64,000 nucleotides of DNA from IMG/VR virus record IMGVR_UViG_3300028045_001344, positions 87,554 through 151,553 of that record; one strand, 5' to 3'. Each line of letters starts with the position of its first letter. Within the stretch, counting starts at the first letter, position 1. The notes under the pieces are model-generated. The model worked only from the letters and a program-made list of their open reading frames with translations. It was not told the origin of the DNA and ran no database searches. The stretch is from a virus. The translations under genes were made by a program, and so were the position numbers. This document shows positions 1-10,360 of this stretch, in pieces.

Positions 1-568
1 AGGTTCCTGAGATATAAAATTTTAGAGAGCAAGAACCTTTTTTGATAGACGACCCGTAGAAGATAGAGGGAATGCTTATTATTTTTATTTCTTGTGTAGC
101 TTTGTCTCCGAGGCTAGAACTATAAAGATAACTCGGACTAAGGCACGCATATTTATTGAAAGTATTCTCAAGCGCATCCCTATAATATTTACACGCCGAA
201 CCTGTTACGCCAGTATCAAACCTCTCAAAAGAAAGACTAGAAGATAGAGGATAACTGCCAGTTATTGTGTCGCCATAGGCAAAATCATTATTGTAAGCTG
301 TAGTAGAAATGGTTCTAAAAGAAGTGAGCGAGCCTTGTTTTGTAATGAACGGATAAATCAACTCACCTGTCGGTCGATCTACATTCATCTCATAGAGACT
401 AATATTGCCAGCCGAAACATGAGTTATGTTAGCGTTGCTGAGTGGGCCTGTGTATTGAGTGTCTTTGTTGTATATTACTGTCCCACTATAGATATGAAAA
501 TCTAGTGCAGGATAAGTCTTTATACGATTGTAGAAAAGATCGTTCCGATCAAATTTATACAAGGACAT
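1..568 (-). CDS. Putative virion/tail structural protein, runs off the window edge (MSLYKFDRNDLFYNRIKTYP...ISIPSIFYGSSIKKGSCSLKFYISGT)
   Basis: Hand-translated frame from ATG 568, open to the edge and absent from the ORF track. The IKKGS motif is shared with 592..1671 (EIKKGSF). ACTAATTA lies upstream. Confidence 0.7.
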   Translation of the reverse strand, partial: MSLYKFDRNDLFYNRIKTYPALDFHIYSGTVIYNKDTQYTGPLSNANITHVSAGNISLYEMNVDRPTGELIYPFITKQGSLTSFRTISTTAYNNDFAYGDTITGSYPLSSSLSFERFDTGVTGSACKYYRDALENTFNKYACLSPSYLYSSSLGDKATQEIKIISIPSIFYGSSIKKGSCSLKFYISGT

Positions 569-577
569 GGCTAAAGG

Positions 578-585
578 TAATTAGT
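578..585 (-). promoter_or_regulatory. Putative late-promoter element ACTAATTA
   Basis: Intergenic, ~10 nt before ATG 568; the same CTAWTTA motif recurs before other genes. Confidence 0.45.
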
Positions 586-591
586 TAGTAA

Positions 592-1671
592 CTAATAATC
601 CAGGCGAACTCGTAAAATCATTTCGTTGGTTGGATCTTTCTTAAGGGGCTCACTAAGTTTGGCGACTGCCAACAATTCATTGTCTGCGCCGTAAAGACCA
701 ACTGTGGTGATATAAGATACCGGCGCGTCCAATTGAGAATTCTTGACACGAATCTTGCTTTCACTCAAATATGAAGGATTGGAACTATAATTGAAATCAC
801 TATTATTTGCTCGACAAAAATGAATAGTAGAATTGAGTTCAGTTGTGTTATTGAATGATATGTTTTGAACACGGTGCCTAAACATATCACACGTTCCAGA
901 AATGGACGTTCCAGTAAGGGCACCACTAATTGTAGTGACCGCTGGCAACGCATCCATAAGTGCGCCAACTTTCATTGATCCTGTATTACACCCATCAAAT
1001 ATGGAAGCAGTAAGAACTGCAATTCCGGCTTGATAAAAAATAAGTCCAGCTTTGGAGTATGTGCCAGTGACACAAGTTGCTGGGGAAGAACAAGTTAAGA
1101 TTCCATATTCACCCACGGCACTATTCACCTTAAAAGAATTTTGTGCGTTTGTGTCTCCAAAGGTCAAAAGCCCACCGAAAGGACTAGCATAAGCCGAACC
1201 ACTTCCGATAATCATTTGAAACGATCCTTTTTTGATTTCATCTTTTTGGAGTAGCCTAGCAAAGTTTACAAAAACGGCTTCTCTGATTTTGGCTCCAGCA
1301 GACGCAATATCACCATCTACATCAAACAAAATCACATCTCCAGCAGTATCGTAACCCATGAGTGTCGATGCCATTTGATTATACATATTGATCTTTTTAG
1401 CATTTTGAACATTCGTCGATGAACTAAGTTCCGAGTCAGAGGAGTATCCAACCGTCAAATCAAAAATGTGGTTGGCTGATGAACTAAGATAAGGATAATC
1501 ATAAACTGACTGAAACATTCCGTGAGCATAGTTTTTAATATTTAGCTCCTCTCCAAGCGACCCGGTATATGTTCCAGATACAATCGCTCCGGTAATTGGA
1601 ATTGCTTCGTGTAAAAGCGTTCTTGTGCTCTTTATATCGTTATTGAGAAAAGTTTTATAAACTGTTGCCAT
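592..1671 (-). CDS. Tail/baseplate structural protein; C-terminus resembles the second half of the P2 gpH-type tail-collar/fibre-attachment domain
   Basis: 359 aa; C-terminal YITTVGLY..NELLAVAKLSEPLKK..LRVRLDY; structural-gene context. Confidence 0.6.
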   Translation of the reverse strand: MATVYKTFLNNDIKSTRTLLHEAIPITGAIVSGTYTGSLGEELNIKNYAHGMFQSVYDYPYLSSSANHIFDLTVGYSSDSELSSSTNVQNAKKINMYNQMASTLMGYDTAGDVILFDVDGDIASAGAKIREAVFVNFARLLQKDEIKKGSFQMIIGSGSAYASPFGGLLTFGDTNAQNSFKVNSAVGEYGILTCSSPATCVTGTYSKAGLIFYQAGIAVLTASIFDGCNTGSMKVGALMDALPAVTTISGALTGTSISGTCDMFRHRVQNISFNNTTELNSTIHFCRANNSDFNYSSNPSYLSESKIRVKNSQLDAPVSYITTVGLYGADNELLAVAKLSEPLKKDPTNEMILRVRLDY

Positions 1672-1681
1672 CGTGTTTTCC

Positions 1682-2665
1682 TTATGTTGTGATCTGTTTT
1701 ATAAATCGAACGGGGATGTCTAATCTATAGCCGGTTGTTGCTCCGGTGATTTTAATGATTGTATCAATATATTTATATGTTCCTGTTGCCCCGGTAAGAC
1801 CCCAGGCGGTAGCTACGGCTGCATCTGCGATATCTAAATCTCCGCCGATTTGCGTAAACAAGAAATTGCTTGAAATTAATTCCAGGGTAGACTTTATAGA
1901 AAAGAACAGTGTGGTTCCTTGTGGTCCCTGGATTGTCGCAATAGAGGGGGCAGCAATCAAGGTGCTGTTGTTCCATAGTGCGTCCGTGCCGATATATTGC
2001 TTGTTGTTGACAATAAATTGTGGATCTGTTTCCTGTGACAAGTAATAGCTGGCGATATTGTCATCGTCAATAAAAGAAATCGTGGCATTTGTTCCATCGG
2101 ATGTGCTGGCGATAATCCCCAACCGACTATCAATCTCGATAATATATTGGGTTTCTTTGAGATCCTGATCAAGTTCATATTGCCAACTTATTTCCGTTGT
2201 GTCTAAGCCTTGATCAATTTTGGCTATCGCTGACCTATCCCAATTTTCTCCGTTAAAGGTTCCGAGTGGATTGTTAGCCTGCATTTCGGTAACGGTTGCC
2301 TGTGTGACTGCCACCGCATATCCTTGGTTCGCCGCAACAACTGATGAGTCAAGAGCAGTGTTACTGTTTATTTTCAATTCAGGCAAGTAAAGCAAATTTG
2401 TTCTGGGAATAGAGAGTAACTTATACTGTAGCATTGACGTGTTGTTTGTAAACGCTTCCAAGATTGGTGTTTGCATAATCTCTAAATCATAATAAGCCGA
2501 ACCACTGGAGTTATCCTTGTCATAAAGTTTATAATTTATTTCATCATCACCAAGCGCAAACTTTGTGATCCTAAATGAGCCATCGCCCTTCGCGAGCCTA
2601 TATCGTCCCGTATCTGTTAAAACTGCGTCCAATATAATGTCGCCGCTATTGTCAAGAAATGCCAT
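1682..2665 (-). CDS. Tail/baseplate structural protein; N-terminus resembles the first half of the gpH-type tail-collar domain
   Basis: 327 aa; DAVLTDTGRYRLAKG..ITKFALGDDEINY; RBS GGGAG. Confidence 0.6.
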   Translation of the reverse strand: MAFLDNSGDIILDAVLTDTGRYRLAKGDGSFRITKFALGDDEINYKLYDKDNSSGSAYYDLEIMQTPILEAFTNNTSMLQYKLLSIPRTNLLYLPELKINSNTALDSSVVAANQGYAVAVTQATVTEMQANNPLGTFNGENWDRSAIAKIDQGLDTTEISWQYELDQDLKETQYIIEIDSRLGIIASTSDGTNATISFIDDDNIASYYLSQETDPQFIVNNKQYIGTDALWNNSTLIAAPSIATIQGPQGTTLFFSIKSTLELISSNFLFTQIGGDLDIADAAVATAWGLTGATGTYKYIDTIIKITGATTGYRLDIPVRFIKQITT

Positions 2666-2687
2666 GTTTATCTCCCATAATTACAAA

Positions 2688-2695
2688 TAAATAGT
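2688..2695 (-). promoter_or_regulatory. Putative late-promoter element ACTATTTA
   Basis: Intergenic, ~22 nt upstream of ATG 2665; an identical octamer lies at 63117..63124. Confidence 0.45.
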
Positions 2696-2739
2696 TTGTT
2701 TTTTTGTTTTACACCATTTTACCATGGGCTAAAATTTCC

Positions 2740-5658
2740 TTATTCATTCGAAGTTGTTTGTGTTGTTTTAAATTTTACATTAATATCTAACTTTTTTGAA
2801 CTCTTTGTTGAAGATAATCTTATTTTAAATTTTCTTCCGTTGCTTGGTTCGCCCCAAATACTTTGTTGTCCTTTTCCAAGTTGAGCAGTTACAGTCGCAG
2901 AATTGTCTCCCTCTAGTTGAAAATCGTTGTTCGCTGAACTGATTGATTTTACTTTCGCTGATAGCTCGCTCTCATTAAGTAAAGCTTGAGAAAAAGATGG
3001 TTTGATTTGTAAAAATCTTCTAACGGGTTTTGAGACTTGTCGTCCAACGTCTACGTCCATATCCACCAATTGTATTAAAGAATAAATGTTCTCGTTGTCT
3101 TGAACTATTTCACACTCATATACTGAAGTAGGATTTGAAGTATGATTATGATTATCTATTGCGCGGAAACAATAATAATACTTTGTATTTGGTTTGATGT
3201 CGTCTACAAAACCTGCGGAAGTTGAACCTTGAGCGGCGAATATCTTGGTATGTGCTCCTTGTGTAAAATCGGTATATTTGGTTGGTCTGTGTTCCAATCT
3301 AAAAATATCAAATTCAGTTACATGATCGTCGCTCTTAAAATGAACTTCATCCGGCGTATTGTTACTATTTGTGTCACGCCCATGAAGACGTAACATTTCG
3401 CTGAAATCATCCGATGGCAAAACGCTAATGGGTTCCTCCCAATAGTCTCCCACGCTTCCATTGAGCCACAACAAAATTTTATCCCCGGTGTCTTGATAAG
3501 GAATTATATTAATATCAGGTCTTACAGGTGGAGTATCAACAACTGCTATCCCCAAGGGGTAATCAATTTTTGTATCATAATAAGGAACCTCTATTATTTT
3601 TATAAGGGGCTCGTTGAAGACACAAAGGCGAGCAAGAAAGTCGCCAAGCCTAGAAGGAGGCGGAGGGGGCGTGAACGGTCCTTGTTTGCCCGATGGGTAT
3701 ACTACCGTCGCATTACTTATGCCACCAATTTTATTAACCTTGTATTCATACTTGTTGCCAATAACCATTTGATAAGCCCAGATCTTATAGCGATATCTTT
3801 TATTGTATTTTACTTGAGTGTCAATGTAGCTCATAACATCAATCTTGCTTGAATTAGGAAACCAAAAATTCTGTATGGTTTGATCCGGGACATCGGCATC
3901 AACCTTCTCTATGCGGTATAATAGCGTTTCTGAATATGCTTCTTTGCCCTGTAAGATTTCTTTGAACGATCTAAAATGGCCTTGATTAGAAGTTGGCTCA
4001 ACCAGTTTATCTAATTCGGCTGCAAACAAATTCATTCGCAACAGAACGTCTAACGCATTTGCCGGGTTGGATAGTAGGTCAAGGTCTTCACGGATACGAC
4101 CAAGAAATGTTATTCTAAATTCTTCCAGATCGTCAAAGAGATCTTTATATTCGTCCTGTAGTTGGGTTGGGTCAATAACCCCATCTATGAAGCCGCCTAA
4201 ATAAAACTGAGTGGAGGGAGCAAATTTATTAACATATTCGCACATTTCTGTAGCTATATTGAACCAATAGTCAAAACTATATAATCCCCTTGAGGCACCC
4301 ACCCCAGTCATCCCATTGATAAACTCGGAAATATTTTTTATTAGAAGTGGGAAAAGGCCGTTACTTTCCACTAGGTCAGCAAATTTAGTTTGAACATCCG
4401 TTACAAAGTCTATCTTAATGTTCATAGGGAAAAGGATTTCGTTTCCTTTGTGGTCCTCAAGCATTCGTGTATTTGAAATTGGAAGTGCTACATTTTCATA
4501 TTGACTTTTTAGTTTACTAAATGTGGTGTTGGGATCGGGAAAATTCTGTATCTTATCGGACCATGTTTCAAAATATTGACCCTTGTCAGTTTCTCCGATT
4601 TTGCGACCATTGGGACCAATAATATCAACAAATGTCTTAGTGATCTGATTTTCTCCCCTGTCATTTTGTAAGTTTATTAATCGACTAAACCGGGAGTTGT
4701 CACCGTCTAAAAATCTATTATCAAATTCAGAAGCAAAGGCATAAAGATTCGGCAATAAACTTTCTGGAATAGTTGAATCCGCGATTGTTTCTTCATAAGA
4801 TTTTATATAGAAGTTATACGAAGGAGTTATCTTAGCATATACATCCCTCACCGAAGAAGGAATATCCGGTGATCCCTCATTGATTTCCTTATCCTCAAAG
4901 GGAATCCACATACTAAAGCTAGTATCTTCGTAACTCTTTTCATGAAACTTTTCCTTAACAAAGAGAGCCCACTTGGTATTATCCTTCCACCACTCAGGCA
5001 CACTCTCATTTGGAAAATCTATAAACTCTTGTAATTGTGCGGGAGTGAAATTCCAAGGCGTTAGTGGTGGGGTTATTTGTATAGTATATTTTTCTCTCTT
5101 AGAGGATAGAAATGTTGGGTTGCTAGGTGGAGAAGCTTCAACGCTGTTCCACGGAAAAGCCGTATAGTTATCACTCAGCAATAAGGAAGACGGAATAACA
5201 CGGGATTGAAGATTAGAGTTATTTAGATTTCGAAACTCTGCTAGTGTATTATAAGGTCTATCATCCGTAAAGCAAATCGCCAAACCTAAATCATCGTCTC
5301 GATCAGAAAGATTGGTTGATGGCGTGGCAAAAGCATCGGTCTGGTCTGGGCTTGCGGCAAACCTATTATCATAATAGTATCTAGCGGGAAAGTTTCCATA
5401 CCGTGCTGGGCTATTTATTACTGGTCGTGTCCAAAATTTATTATATGCAGTGCGAAGAATATCTATGTCATTCGGTGATTTCTGGGTTACAACATAAGGT
5501 AGATATAGTTGCGGAGTAGTTCCCCAATAAGAATATTGTACCAATGGAGAGTTAGGTCCATTCGACCCCGTACATTCTCCTTCGTGGAAATATTGAATAG
5601 GCACAAGTTCTTTATTACGAAAAAGAAACTTCTTTTTGTGGATGAAATTCAGTGGCAT
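2740..5658 (-). CDS. Large putative structural protein with Fn3/Ig-like C-terminal segments
   Basis: 972 aa; IDTQVKYNKRYRYKIWAY and FVDDIKPNTKYYYCFRAID are Fn3-type signatures; 1-nt TAATG overlap with the upstream gene. Confidence 0.55.
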   Translation of the reverse strand: MPLNFIHKKKFLFRNKELVPIQYFHEGECTGSNGPNSPLVQYSYWGTTPQLYLPYVVTQKSPNDIDILRTAYNKFWTRPVINSPARYGNFPARYYYDNRFAASPDQTDAFATPSTNLSDRDDDLGLAICFTDDRPYNTLAEFRNLNNSNLQSRVIPSSLLLSDNYTAFPWNSVEASPPSNPTFLSSKREKYTIQITPPLTPWNFTPAQLQEFIDFPNESVPEWWKDNTKWALFVKEKFHEKSYEDTSFSMWIPFEDKEINEGSPDIPSSVRDVYAKITPSYNFYIKSYEETIADSTIPESLLPNLYAFASEFDNRFLDGDNSRFSRLINLQNDRGENQITKTFVDIIGPNGRKIGETDKGQYFETWSDKIQNFPDPNTTFSKLKSQYENVALPISNTRMLEDHKGNEILFPMNIKIDFVTDVQTKFADLVESNGLFPLLIKNISEFINGMTGVGASRGLYSFDYWFNIATEMCEYVNKFAPSTQFYLGGFIDGVIDPTQLQDEYKDLFDDLEEFRITFLGRIREDLDLLSNPANALDVLLRMNLFAAELDKLVEPTSNQGHFRSFKEILQGKEAYSETLLYRIEKVDADVPDQTIQNFWFPNSSKIDVMSYIDTQVKYNKRYRYKIWAYQMVIGNKYEYKVNKIGGISNATVVYPSGKQGPFTPPPPPSRLGDFLARLCVFNEPLIKIIEVPYYDTKIDYPLGIAVVDTPPVRPDINIIPYQDTGDKILLWLNGSVGDYWEEPISVLPSDDFSEMLRLHGRDTNSNNTPDEVHFKSDDHVTEFDIFRLEHRPTKYTDFTQGAHTKIFAAQGSTSAGFVDDIKPNTKYYYCFRAIDNHNHTSNPTSVYECEIVQDNENIYSLIQLVDMDVDVGRQVSKPVRRFLQIKPSFSQALLNESELSAKVKSISSANNDFQLEGDNSATVTAQLGKGQQSIWGEPSNGRKFKIRLSSTKSSKKLDINVKFKTTQTTSNE

Positions 5659-8600
5659 TATGGACCCCCTCCTACGCCCGGAATCTCTACGCGATAATAT
5701 TCATCGTAAGTGGGCAAATCATAATTTGAATTTCTTGATAATAAAACCGTATTATTTACATATGCTGTAGAGCGACAGAATGGAGCATAAGTGTCCCAAC
5801 GAGGCTTAAAAAATGATTCTCTAACAAGCGAACTTCTCCAATTTGGCTGCTTTAGGAGAACACGAAAAATGGGTGTAGGCGGCGGTCGCGGAGACGAAGA
5901 TGCATTCAGGTTTGTAACTCGGGGGTTGTTGGGGTTCATGATCACACCGACGTTATAACCCGCGAGGTGTTCCATCTTATTAATAGTTTGAGTGCGATAC
6001 ATAAACTCAGGGTATAGTATAACATTATTTTCAATTTTGGCAAAAAAATCTCTCGCTGCTTGGCTTAGGCGCGAAGTCGCCGAGTCTGCTAGAACATTAT
6101 AATATAAAAGTGTCTTTGTTTGTGGTGGCACATCTCTCAAATAAGAAGATTCATAGCTACGTTCTATGGCATCGTTAGGAGGGTTTCGGGCCGCGACCGC
6201 TTGGGAAATCAATAAACTAGCAGAACTATTCTGTTCACTCAAATCAAAAGAAGATTTATCCAATGACATATTTTTTGTAAGTAAGCGTGGATTTAAGTCT
6301 GGGGAAGTGGATTCCTTGAGCACGTCTAAATAAAATTCATATGAAATGTATCTGCGCTGGTTTGATAATTTTCTTAGCCCCTTATAATAAGAATCCGCAA
6401 AACTGGCAGCTTCCGGGCCAGGAGATGTTCCGTTGGGGTATTGCGATTGTAAGTTCAATAAAAATCCGCCCTCTCCACCAATGTCGGGAGTTACAATCTC
6501 CGCACTGTGATAAGTTGAAAAATAATTTGATAAGTCATTGGCTAGCACTTTATCATTTACAAGTGCTGAAGTTCCAGCACCTTCGACCAATGTTTCTAAA
6601 AAATTGTTATTGGTGCGCGACTTTAGTAAAGAATATGACACGGGCTTAAGAAAATCACTTGATTCATAATTACTGTCTTGAAGTGAAACTGAACCACCAG
6701 GCACTACTATACGATAAGGGGAAAAGAAAACACCTTCAGTGTTTCCCATTTTTATGTTATCGCCAGGTGTATTACCAGCCAAAAAACCACCTAGGGGAAC
6801 GATCTGAAATGAAGAATTATAAGACGGAAATAAGTTGGTGTATTGCTGTGTGGAATATGTAGAATAATCGGCATAAGAGATTGTGTTTAGTCCGCTTTCG
6901 TTTTGTGTTGTCGTTGTTGTATTCAAAAAATCAAAGCCCAGATTAGTCATAAGGTTCGCATTGAAAATTGCTTGTGGGGTATTTTTTATTTTATAGCTGC
7001 GATCTTTAGACGCAGGATTTTGCTTTTCATCAAACCCAATGGATATTATTTCACCATCTTCATTTCGTGTCTCTTGTCTTTCCCTGCTTCTAATTGTTCC
7101 AATGATGGATTCTAAATTATTTGATATAGTTTCCATCAAGCGCATAACCGCGTTTATGCTCGAAGGTGTCGCGCTCCAAGGATTTAGATAGTTTAACAAA
7201 GTAGTTTCAATGTTGGCCCAATTAAGATTTTTATAAGAGTGATCGCTCGCCAATAATTTTATTATGCTTACTAATCCATGAGAGTTGTTGCTTATAGTTG
7301 ATGCGAATTCCACCACCAACTGTCCACCGGGAGCATAAACCTCTGAGAACTCTGATGTAAAAAAATTTGTTTTTGAATTGAAGTTTCCTGTCTGCACTTC
7401 ACCACGTTGATAAATTTGTTCAGTGCGACCGGCGATTGTCCCGCCCAAATAAGGACTTCCATCTTGCGCCGGGATGCCCGGAATAGTTCTCATTACTTTT
7501 GTTGCTTCATTGTAATATTTACGAATGCCTTTTAGGTTTATATCAAGTTGTGATCGTATGTCATCAAGAACCGAAACCGACTTGTCTAGCATTTCAAATT
7601 CAATTCGATATTGATAATAGCCATCAGTAATATTTTTTATAGAGCCATCGATTCCCTCAAAGTGTCGCAGCGTGTAACTAGGCAAATGCCTTCCGCCATC
7701 AATTGTTAAGCCAAGAGAAGTGTTTGAGATTTCTGAAATTACATTATCATTTGTTGAAGTTTTGGAAACAGGTATTATTCCGGTGGTCGTAAGAGAATCC
7801 TTTGTTTCAAAAAGCATTTCATCAATTTGATTTTCAGAAAATGGCTTCTGTCTCACATATGCTGGCATTGTATAGTCGGGATTTGGCACTACAATTGGGT
7901 TTGCCCCAGCCTCACTACTACCTTGAATCCTGTGTCGAAAAATTCTAAAGGAGGTTATCTTGCTTTTATTTAGAAGATTGTCAAGAGCCACAGAAGATCT
8001 TTTTTCAAAAATCTTCCCAAACACTGAATTATCAAGCAACATCCTTTGCCAATCAATAGTAAAGAAAAATCTGGCTTGATCCATAATATCTCGTGTGAGA
8101 AATAAATCAGAAAAATATGTATCTTGTGTGTTGATATCAATTTTAGAATTGCGTAAATTGTTTTTTATTGCGCCCAAGGCTGCGTTCTCAATGTGAGCAA
8201 AATCAAATTCAATATTTTCTATTTCGTTAAAGGTTCTAAAATCTTGAACTCTTGGTAAAGAAATAATTTCTGGTACAATAACTTTGTGAATGCCCCATTT
8301 CGAAATGTCCGAGACTTGATAAGTGCTTGGTACATATTTTGGCTCCATTTCGTGACCAGTCATCCATAGGTCTTTCTTGTCTTCAGTGCTGAAAAAAACT
8401 AAAATATCTTCTAAATTTTTAATCTTTCTTTCTCGCATCTTGTTTTTAATTAAGCGATTTGATGGGGCAGATAAATCCAACTCTTTAAGAATCGTAATCT
8501 TCTTCGCAATATCTATTCGATCAACTTTGCCATAATGAACTGGACCATTCCATACACGACCATCACGTTCGCGATATATCTGGGATGTAGAAACTATTTT

Positions 8601-9266
8601 TCCATTTTCTACCACAAGTAAGCCCGATTTCTGACTTACTGCTTTGTTAATGATCGGGGGTGTAAGGCGACCCATAGAAGTTGAAAGTTTTGAAATTGAT
8701 GAGTAGGCAATAATTCCAAGATCATTGAGTTGACCATCAATCAAAGATACATCATCAAATCGAAATGAATATGTCATCACTCTTGTTCCGTCAGCAAGGG
8801 TTTCTTGTATGGTGCTCAAGTCCATAGAACTTATTAAAGAACTTAAAGAAACGGTCTTTATAGTGTTAGGTTGTTTTTGTTCAGCCAATGCAACGGGATT
8901 CTTAAGGATTTTTTTATAAGTTTCTGAGTTTGTTGTTGTAATAACATTAATCAGGATACTATTGCGAACAGTGCTTGAATCAAGGGAGGTGCTTCCTACG
9001 GGAACCGAAATTGACAGATCTAATACCACACGAGTCTTGGGTGACAAAGCTCCAACGTTGATTGCTTGAGCTGCGAAACCGCGCCTTGAGATTGATACGT
9101 TGCTCCTACCCGCATCTATATGAGGATTCTTATTATAGAATGCTTCTGCATAATTAATATTTGACAAGTATGCGTTGGCACTCGCATCCGGTTGGATTTC
9201 TAAAGTTACTTTCTTGACCTTGACGACAGGCAAAAAAGGTTCAAAATTTATTCGTGGTGTTGCCAT
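5658..9266 (-). CDS. Large hypothetical protein, probably virion structural
   Basis: 1202-aa ORF tightly coupled within the structural operon; no family recognised. Confidence 0.5.
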   Translation of the reverse strand: MATPRINFEPFLPVVKVKKVTLEIQPDASANAYLSNINYAEAFYNKNPHIDAGRSNVSISRRGFAAQAINVGALSPKTRVVLDLSISVPVGSTSLDSSTVRNSILINVITTTNSETYKKILKNPVALAEQKQPNTIKTVSLSSLISSMDLSTIQETLADGTRVMTYSFRFDDVSLIDGQLNDLGIIAYSSISKLSTSMGRLTPPIINKAVSQKSGLLVVENGKIVSTSQIYRERDGRVWNGPVHYGKVDRIDIAKKITILKELDLSAPSNRLIKNKMRERKIKNLEDILVFFSTEDKKDLWMTGHEMEPKYVPSTYQVSDISKWGIHKVIVPEIISLPRVQDFRTFNEIENIEFDFAHIENAALGAIKNNLRNSKIDINTQDTYFSDLFLTRDIMDQARFFFTIDWQRMLLDNSVFGKIFEKRSSVALDNLLNKSKITSFRIFRHRIQGSSEAGANPIVVPNPDYTMPAYVRQKPFSENQIDEMLFETKDSLTTTGIIPVSKTSTNDNVISEISNTSLGLTIDGGRHLPSYTLRHFEGIDGSIKNITDGYYQYRIEFEMLDKSVSVLDDIRSQLDINLKGIRKYYNEATKVMRTIPGIPAQDGSPYLGGTIAGRTEQIYQRGEVQTGNFNSKTNFFTSEFSEVYAPGGQLVVEFASTISNNSHGLVSIIKLLASDHSYKNLNWANIETTLLNYLNPWSATPSSINAVMRLMETISNNLESIIGTIRSRERQETRNEDGEIISIGFDEKQNPASKDRSYKIKNTPQAIFNANLMTNLGFDFLNTTTTTQNESGLNTISYADYSTYSTQQYTNLFPSYNSSFQIVPLGGFLAGNTPGDNIKMGNTEGVFFSPYRIVVPGGSVSLQDSNYESSDFLKPVSYSLLKSRTNNNFLETLVEGAGTSALVNDKVLANDLSNYFSTYHSAEIVTPDIGGEGGFLLNLQSQYPNGTSPGPEAASFADSYYKGLRKLSNQRRYISYEFYLDVLKESTSPDLNPRLLTKNMSLDKSSFDLSEQNSSASLLISQAVAARNPPNDAIERSYESSYLRDVPPQTKTLLYYNVLADSATSRLSQAARDFFAKIENNVILYPEFMYRTQTINKMEHLAGYNVGVIMNPNNPRVTNLNASSSPRPPPTPIFRVLLKQPNWRSSLVRESFFKPRWDTYAPFCRSTAYVNNTVLLSRNSNYDLPTYDEYYRVEIPGVGGGP

Positions 9267-9268
9267 AT

Positions 9269-10360
9269 CTAATCACAAACCTCCTCGTCAACCGTATCAT
9301 AAAGATTATCTATTCCTATTTTTTTCTGATTTTCTAATTCGTTACATTCTAACAATCTAGATGAGAAAATTCCTTGTGACTTATCTGCTGGCTTGAGGGA
9401 ACAGAGTAGCTTCTGGTCGATCTCATTATCAGCAAAAATATCAAAATAGTATTCAACATAATTAGAATCAATATAGGTATTTTCTTGCGCTATAATTTCG
9501 TCTGGTTCTAATAAAATATTTCCTTGAACTTGTGATTTTTGTTTCTTAAAATATAGAGGAACTAAGTATTCCTTTTTCCATTTGGTTGCCGGACTTGACG
9601 GTGTGGCTATTTTGTCATATTCTTGCGTATGCACTTCAAACACTTCCACTTCAAAGTTTTCCCAATCAAAATCTGTATTATATTCGTCTATCTCCAAAAC
9701 AATAGAATCTTCAATAATATTTAATACCGCACCAGTGACCGGAGAATTTGAATTAAGCACCCACCCATCAAAATAATTTGGTGAGGAAATTTCACTAGAT
9801 AGCTGCAATTCATAGTTTATATAATCCATATTGAGTTGAGGTATGGATAAAGGTTTGTGCGAGCCAGAGGGATAGTTCCAATAAGCCACCGAACTACTTA
9901 AGGTTCCCTTGAGCATATTTATGCTCCATGCCGGTGCTTTGGATGAATTTAAATCTGTAGTCCCTAGTGGGATTCCAAAAGTTCCTTTGTCGGGAATAGT
10001 AGCAATAGTTACTGAATCATCAGAAATATAAGGAGTGTTGTTTATGTCAGTGGGAATGCGACCATATTGTTGTGCCAAGGTTTTCTCATTTTCGGTGAGA
10101 CGATAATATTCGGTTGCCGCATGGACTTGAGTCTCCGCACCATATAAAAAAGTTTGCATCTCTATTTCGGGGGCTTCAACAATTCTTACTGACGCACTAT
10201 TTTGTGCCTCTGTGAATCCTCCATACTGAGAGTCGTAAAGGACTTCATCATCAAAGAAAGCATAATATTCAGGCTTAAATCTTCCCTTTGCTAATAGGTT
10301 CTCGCCATAAGGAGTTATCTCTAGATCAATTACTTGTTCTTTTTTATTTAAAAACTTCAT
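9269..10360 (-). CDS. Tail/baseplate structural protein; N-terminus paralogous to 1682..2665
   Basis: 363 aa; IDLEITPYGENLLAKG..YYAFFDDEVLYD aligns by eye with ILDAVLTDTGRYRLAKG..KFALGDDEINY. Confidence 0.55.
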   Translation of the reverse strand: MKFLNKKEQVIDLEITPYGENLLAKGRFKPEYYAFFDDEVLYDSQYGGFTEAQNSASVRIVEAPEIEMQTFLYGAETQVHAATEYYRLTENEKTLAQQYGRIPTDINNTPYISDDSVTIATIPDKGTFGIPLGTTDLNSSKAPAWSINMLKGTLSSSVAYWNYPSGSHKPLSIPQLNMDYINYELQLSSEISSPNYFDGWVLNSNSPVTGAVLNIIEDSIVLEIDEYNTDFDWENFEVEVFEVHTQEYDKIATPSSPATKWKKEYLVPLYFKKQKSQVQGNILLEPDEIIAQENTYIDSNYVEYYFDIFADNEIDQKLLCSLKPADKSQGIFSSRLLECNELENQKKIGIDNLYDTVDEEVCD

